NCBI GenBank assembly: GCA_951406725.2
Contig: OX597840.1
Location: 3,038,001-3,102,000 of the forward strand
Direction: 5' to 3'
DNA from: Octopus vulgaris
Lineage: Eukaryota
DNA: 64,000 bases
A program made the position numbers and the translations under genes. Of the stretch, positions 57,311 through 64,000 are shown piece after piece. The notes below the pieces were generated by a model. That model did no database searches and had not been told where the DNA came from. It saw nothing but the letters and a program-made list of their open reading frames with translations. The first letter of the stretch is position 1; every line of letters begins with the position of its first letter.

Positions 57311-57541
57311 TCTCCCAAAGAGTCTGAGGAACTTGCACAAAGTAGATGTAGCAGTTTTTAAATCAAAGCTGGACATCTTCCTGTCAATAGTCCCAGATGA
57401 ACCTACCTCACGGCAAGAGGTGTAAATGAGAGTAGCATTCTTCACCAAGTGCCACATATTAGACGAGGTTCTTCGCAATAACAGTGTAGCACAAAACGGC
57501 GGTGCATCGGCATGGCCGCAGCTCTGAGCTGAAACTAGAGG

Positions 57542-57558
<17 letters not shown>
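57311..57558 (+). mobile_element. CR1/L2-like LINE 3' end
   Basis: Translates LPKSLRNLHKVDVAVFKSKLDIFLSIVPDEPTSRQEV, homologous to 30580-30700. Followed by a structured tail and an A-run. Confidence 0.8.
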
Positions 57559-57574
<16 letters not shown>

Positions 57575-57579
57575 TATAG

Positions 57580-57973
57580 ACGTAGGAGTGGCTGTGTGGT
57601 AAGTAGATTGCTTGCCAACCACATGGTTCCGAGTTCAGTCCCAGTGCGTGGCACCTTGGGCAAGTGTCTCTTACTATAGCCTTGGGCCGACCAAAGCCTT
57701 GTGAATGGATTTGGTAGACGGAAACCGAAAGAAGCCCGTCCGTCTTATATATGTACATATATATATATATGTGTGTGTGTGTGTGTATCTTTGTGTCTGT
57801 GTTTGTCCCCCTAACATCATTTGACAACTGATGCCTAGCGGTTCGGCAAAAGAGACCGATAGAATAAGTTCTAGGCTTACAAAGAATAAGTCCTGGGGTC
57901 GATTTGCTCGACTAAAGGTGGTGCTCCAGCATGGCCACGGTCAAATGACTGAAACAAGTATAAGAGTAAAAGA

Positions 57974-57975
<2 letters not shown>
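57580..57975 (+). mobile_element. SINE family A
   Basis: Head and tail both present. Confidence 0.88.
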
Positions 57976-58018
<43 letters not shown>

Positions 58019-58308
58019 CTATAAGTGTCGCAGGTAGCTCGAGGCCGCAACCACGTACACGCGAATCGTACATCTTAATGACACTACAATGCTTCAGTTT
58101 TTGCAACCAGACCTGTAACATTGAGGGAAAGATGGCAGTCGATTATATTGAACCCAGCACTCCTCCACTGGTGCTTATTGCCTCAGCCCTGAAAATGAGA
58201 AATATAAAGTTCACTTCGGTGCAATTTGAACTCAGAACGCAAAGACAAAGGAAATGCCACTAAGCAGTTTGCCCGGTGGGCTAACGATTCTGCCGGCTCG
58301 CTGCCTTG

Positions 58309-58391
<83 letters not shown>

Positions 58392-59829
58392 AAGAAGAAG
58401 AAGAAGAAGAATGATAACAATCGTCGTGAATTTTTGGGGGTGGGGAGGCGGGATTAATCGATACGGTGACCGCAGTGCATCACTGGTACTTATTTCATCG
58501 ACCCCGAAAGAATGAAAGGCAAAGTTGACCTCGGTGGAATTTGAACTCAGAACGTAGCGGCAGCTCGGTAATGATTCTGCCAGCTCCTTGCCTTTATGCT
58601 TGCATATATATTAAGCATCAAAATGTAAATGGAATCACTAAGATCCAAATGTGTGCTGCAACAACAATATCGTATTGTTGTTAAGTGAAGGCTAACATAA
58701 TTAATCTTTTGAGTGTAAAATTTCTATTAATTAACACGACGTTCGTACAATGATGTAAATATCGAAATATCACTAACGGTCGCTGAATCGAGACGGCGTA
58801 TTGAAAATTGTCGGTAGGTTCTAATTGTCTTATGCTCGTACAATAATGCAAATATCGTCAACATTAGGTGATGCGAGACGGCCGTATTATAGACATTCGA
58901 TTGTTTCTAATTGTGTATGACCAGGACATCAATTTGGTTCAAATATGTTGTTGTTAATTAAAAGAGAGTATTTGTTATTGTGTCGGCATTTTGACAATAG
59001 CTTTGACTTTTCAATCGCACCTATGGCTGTCTGCTTTGCAACAGCGTGAATTCCTGCTTAGTCCCATTGCGCAGAATCATGCGAAAGTGTCTTCTACTAT
59101 AGATGAGGGCCGCGCAATATATATATGAGTGTGTGTATGTATGTGTAACATTAATGATTATAAGAAGAATGGATATTTTTCACATATGTAAATTTAGTTA
59201 AAAGTTATTTACAGTATAACTGCTAAATAAAATTATGGATGTGAAAAGTCTTCATTCGCCTTATAATTCTTAATGTTATTAATTTCTCTACGGAACATAT
59301 ACAGTCCTGAACAAGGCACACGAGATTGCCCAACGGAAGAAGAAGAAGAAGAAGAAGAAGAAGAAGAAGAAGAAGAAGAAGAAGAAGAAGAAGAAGAAGA
59401 AGAAGAAGAAGAAGAAGAAGAAGAATATAATGTGGGAGTGCTATGATAGTAGTAGGATTTTAAATGGTCAAGTGCCCTGAAAGTGACTTGTGGATTGTAG
59501 TAGTGATTGAATTGTTGAGATTTCTCTTTTGAATGTATTGTTTTTAATATTTGCGTAGGTGTTATTCTAAAGAGCAAGAGTAGTAAAGTAATGAAGGAGG
59601 TGGCGGAGAGGAAGAAGAAGACGAAGAAAAAGGAGACAGAGAAGAAGAGAAAGAATAGTAAGAGAATGTAGGATGGTAGGATAGTAGTAGGATGTTAAAT
59701 AGTCAAGTGACCTAAAAGTGACGCGTTGTGGATTATAGCAGTGATTGGGACTGTTTTAAATTAATTCTTGGGTATCTATTTTGAATGTATCATTTTTAAT
59801 ATTTGCGTGTAATTCTAAAGTCGTGGTGG

Positions 59830-60610
59830 ATATATTATTTGTTGTAGATGCGTTCAAAAGGGGTCTGTATTTTGTAATAAAGAGACACTTTACTAATTTG
59901 ATGGCAACAGGTTGTATCGTCCCTGAATTGATAGAGGGGAAAATTTGTGAAGCTTGGATTTTTGTTATTGGCGCAAATGTCGATGTGGTGGATGAATGTT
60001 ATTTTTCTGTTGTTTTTTTAATTTTCATCTGGAATCTGTGCATCACTATCCTTTGATGCAGACTGTTTTTGTTTGGCCTATGTATTACTTTTGACACCCA
60101 GAGAAGGTTAGTGAGTTTATAAGGTTCTCCAAAGCATACGTGAAGCTGCTTTTCACTGTAAAACGTTGTACCTGTTTGAAGGAGAACTCTGATCCCTCAA
60201 TTAAATTTATACATATCCTACAGTTGAGTTCTCCGCATTTTTTTTTTACTGACGGCTTCAGTGTTGTTGTTGAGCGTATTCGGGTTTGTGTTAGGAGACT
60301 TTTCATAGATTTGGGCTGTCTCTTGCTTTTTATGATCATGTATGTTTGGAGGATTAAGTTCAATGTTTTGTCCTTTTTTAGCAGGGGAATGTTTTGAAGA
60401 ATGGTATCGAAGGCTTCATTGTTAAGAGGCTTGTTTGTGGATATGTATGGTAGGGCTTTTGGTTGTAAATCCTTCTTTAATTTGGGATGTCTGAGTTCAT
60501 GGATGTTGAGTTGTAGGGCACGTTGAGAGCATTTGTCAATTAGTGAAGGTGGGTAGATCCAGGTGATGAGTGTATCCTTTAGCTCCAGCAGCCGTGTGTC
60601 CCTGGTGCTT
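59830..60610 (-). pseudogene. Penelope-like element remnant (RT thumb, linker, GIY-YIG)
   Basis: Translates RDTRLLELKDTL...YPPSLI...LPYIST...KRQPKSMKSLL...CGELNCRIC...ENLINSLTFSGCQK*YIGQ. Confidence 0.88.
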
Positions 60611-61439
60611 GGGGAGTCGTTAAAATAAGTATCAGTTAAACACTGGAGTCGATGCAATTGATTAAACCTCTCATTCGAAAATGCTGGCCTTTTTCCAAAA
60701 TTTGAAACCAACATTTCGTGTCATGGCGACCAAATTTCTTTATTTTCCTTGGTGGAATATTATACATAGTTCTCAGTCTTCTATTATCAAAGAGTCTCAT
60801 TAGCTCACTTATTCCTTAATATAGCCTACAAAGCATCCGTGTAGAACGTTTCATTTCAAAAAACACCACTAAACTATTTTTTTATTATTATTTTCAGCAT
60901 CAAGCACCGCATCCAAGTTTCAAAACAACAAATCGAAATACAAATTAATTTTGCTCTAAGAAATAAAAAAAATTAAATATTAATGGAATTGCTTGTAATC
61001 GTTTTTATTTATCTATTCAGCATCAAACCTTATTTTCATGAATACCCCATAGCTACTGCGACCCGGTGTTTCATATATTTCTTTTCTCAAATTAATCAAC
61101 AATCTTATTTTACTGTTCTTGCCGAATTGCAAACAGTGAATAAAATTTTTGAGAGGATTCCCAGTAATTCATTCATCTGTGTTCGTGGTGCTTCTTGGTT
61201 TCTTACATTTTTCACAATTATTTTTTTAGTTATTGTTTGCATGTTTGGTTTACAGGTGGGTTAAACCAGGCGATAAAACGTTGCATCATATTAGAGAGAC
61301 ATTACTACTGGATGAGGAGCGGATATCTATGCACATGAATAGGAATAGAGCAGCACATACACGTATAGATGTACACTTTGATCGGACCTCATATATATAT
61401 ATATAAATATATGTATGTATATGGCGGTGCCCCAGCATG

Positions 61440-61663
61440 GCCTTTTCAAAGCCTAGCCGGGTCTCTATGGCGTATATGTTCCCCAGCTTGACGGGACGCC
61501 AGTCCATCGCAGCGTTACTCATTTTTGCCAGCTGAGTGGACTGGAGCGACGTGAAATGAAGTGTTTTGCTCAAGAATACAACGCGTCGCCCGGTCCACGA
61601 ATCGAAAGCACAACCTTACGATCATGATGCTGACACACTAACCACCAAGCCACGCACCTCCAG
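61440..61663 (-). mobile_element. SINE family C
   Basis: Reverse complement of 46484-46725. Confidence 0.8.
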
Positions 61664-61720
<57 letters not shown>

Positions 61721-61950
61721 TATATATATATACATAATAAAGATAAAGATTACTCCGAAGTAGCAACAGCATTACCATTAATTCTACAATTATATTCTGC
61801 CTTTTCAGACCAACAGATGTTTCAATTGCACCGATTAGCAATCGCTGCAATTGCACCCCTACAATAAAACGGTGCAATCTCTTCTGTGTCTTTACTTGAC
61901 ATCTCTCGGTATGGCGGTTTTTTAGTGATATACATATACATATAAATATG

Positions 61951-61995
<45 letters not shown>

Positions 61996-62047
61996 TACAC
62001 ATACGTACATACGTATTTATAAATATACATACAAATATACATACATT

Positions 62048-62097
<50 letters not shown>

Positions 62098-62212
62098 AAC
62101 CAAACATGAAAACACAAAGAGAAAACACAATGCGAGACATGAAACAGGTATAGTGTTTTTGGACGCTCAGGAAAGGAAAGACAGAAGGAGGAATTATATA
62201 TATATATATATG

Positions 62213-62244
<32 letters not shown>

Positions 62245-62259
62245 TGTATGTATATATAG

Positions 62260-62563
62260 TGGAGGCACATGGCCTAGTACTTAGAGCAGCGGACTCGCGG
62301 TCGAGGGATCACGGGTTCGAATTTCAGACCGGGAGATGTGTGTGTTTATGAGCAAAACAAAAACACCAAGGCTCCACGCGGCTCCGGCAGAAGGCAATTG
62401 CGAACCTCTGCTGACTCTTTCGGCACAACTTTCTGTCACTCTTTCCTCCTGCATCTTGCAGCTCGCCTGCGACGGACCGGCGTCCCGTCCAGATGGGGAA
62501 CCTATATGCCAATGAAACCGGGAAACCGGCCCTTATAAGCCAGGCATGGCTCGAGAAGGAACA

Positions 62564-62570
<7 letters not shown>
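62260..62570 (+). mobile_element. SINE family C (long subfamily), full length
   Basis: ggaggcacatggcctagt...gggttcgaatttc head and gaacaaacaac tail. Confidence 0.85.
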
Positions 62571-62609
<39 letters not shown>

Positions 62610-62655
62610 ACTATTTGAGGGAATATTATTCCTAACTGACAGGGAAAAATTCAAT

Positions 62656-62709
<54 letters not shown>

Positions 62710-62856
62710 TTTCAATTATATTTAGCAGAAACAAAGAGTATCTCCACGGTTCAGCGTTTCGTGTTGAAAAATCTCTATACACATTTCGCTAAATATCAAT
62801 ATATACTCATATTTTCGATTCTATTTTCTTGATCGCATCACCAAAATCTATATACG

Positions 62857-62890
<34 letters not shown>

Positions 62891-63377
62891 TGTATGTATG
62901 TATGTATTGCAATCCATCCATATGAAACTTTTGTAATTTATTGACCACGTATTGTGGAATGCAAATGACGGCCATCTTCCCCTGAATTGAAACTCATGGA
63001 CGCAACACACACACACACATACACACGCACACAAACAAGCTCACACACGCATGCACACACACACGCGCGCACACATGCACAAGCAAACAAACACACATGC
63101 ACAGATGCATACACACCTAATAATTTGAATATATTTTCATATGTAATATACGCGTGCGCGGGCACATATGATTGCATGTGTGCATTTATGCATGAATATA
63201 AGTACGTGCGTATGAACACATGAATGTAAATATGTATTTATACACACACACATATATAAATATATGTGCATATATATATATATATACATGCATACATATA
63301 TATATATAAATATATATATATACATACATATAGGTACATATGTATTTATATATGTATAGGTATATTATAAATATATC

Positions 63378-63421
<44 letters not shown>

Positions 63422-63528
63422 GTATATATATACATACATACATATATATATATATACATATGTACTTATATGTACATACACATAAATATATATGCATACA
63501 TTGTGTATATATGTATATATATGTATAT

Positions 63529-63585
<57 letters not shown>

Positions 63586-63633
63586 TACATATGTACTTAT
63601 ATGTACATACACATAAATACATATGCATACATC

Positions 63634-63693
<60 letters not shown>

Positions 63694-63823
63694 GTATATA
63701 TATGCATAGACGTTTGTGTGTATATATATATGTAGAGAGAGACTGATTAATAGAAATAGATAGACAGACAGATAGGTAGATAGGTAGATAGATAGATATA
63801 TAGATAGATAGATATATATATGT

Positions 63824-63921
<98 letters not shown>

Positions 63922-64000
63922 GCATACATACGTAGATACACATTCATACACACAATTCATACAATACAAATAATTACAATCATCCAACGCCTCTTCACTC

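Noticed and set aside
61823-61880. Hairpin caattgca-c-cgatt/aatcg-c-tgcaattg, and the 10-bp hairpin at ~58660-58682, as miRNA precursors
   Set aside because: The stems are too short for a pre-miRNA and I recognise no mature sequence.

Overview
AT-rich eukaryotic non-coding DNA, most consistent with an octopus (cephalopod) genome. That call comes from my recognition of the SINE families and the very high density of (TA)n/(CA)n/(GATA)n/(AAT)n microsatellites; it is not database-checked. No intact host protein-coding gene is visible. Almost all listed ORFs are microsatellite or repeat read-throughs. The window holds three tRNA-derived SINE families, decayed LINE fragments (Tx1/L1-like, CR1/L2-like, possibly R4/Dong-like), two Penelope-like (GIY-YIG) remnants, and mariner/Tc1 remnants. 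The strongest unannotated signal is a set of small non-coding elements inserted in (TA)n tracts, each carrying a type I hammerhead ribozyme motif with a palindromic stem III. The best case is a near-identical 559-bp head-to-tail tandem (20501-21702) with a canonical CUGAUGA...GAAA hammerhead in each full unit and long-range self-complementarity. It is a candidate retrozyme-like or viroid-like circular RNA element. Both major SINE families share 3' tails with LINE remnants found in the same window. All structures were read by eye; element boundaries are approximate.
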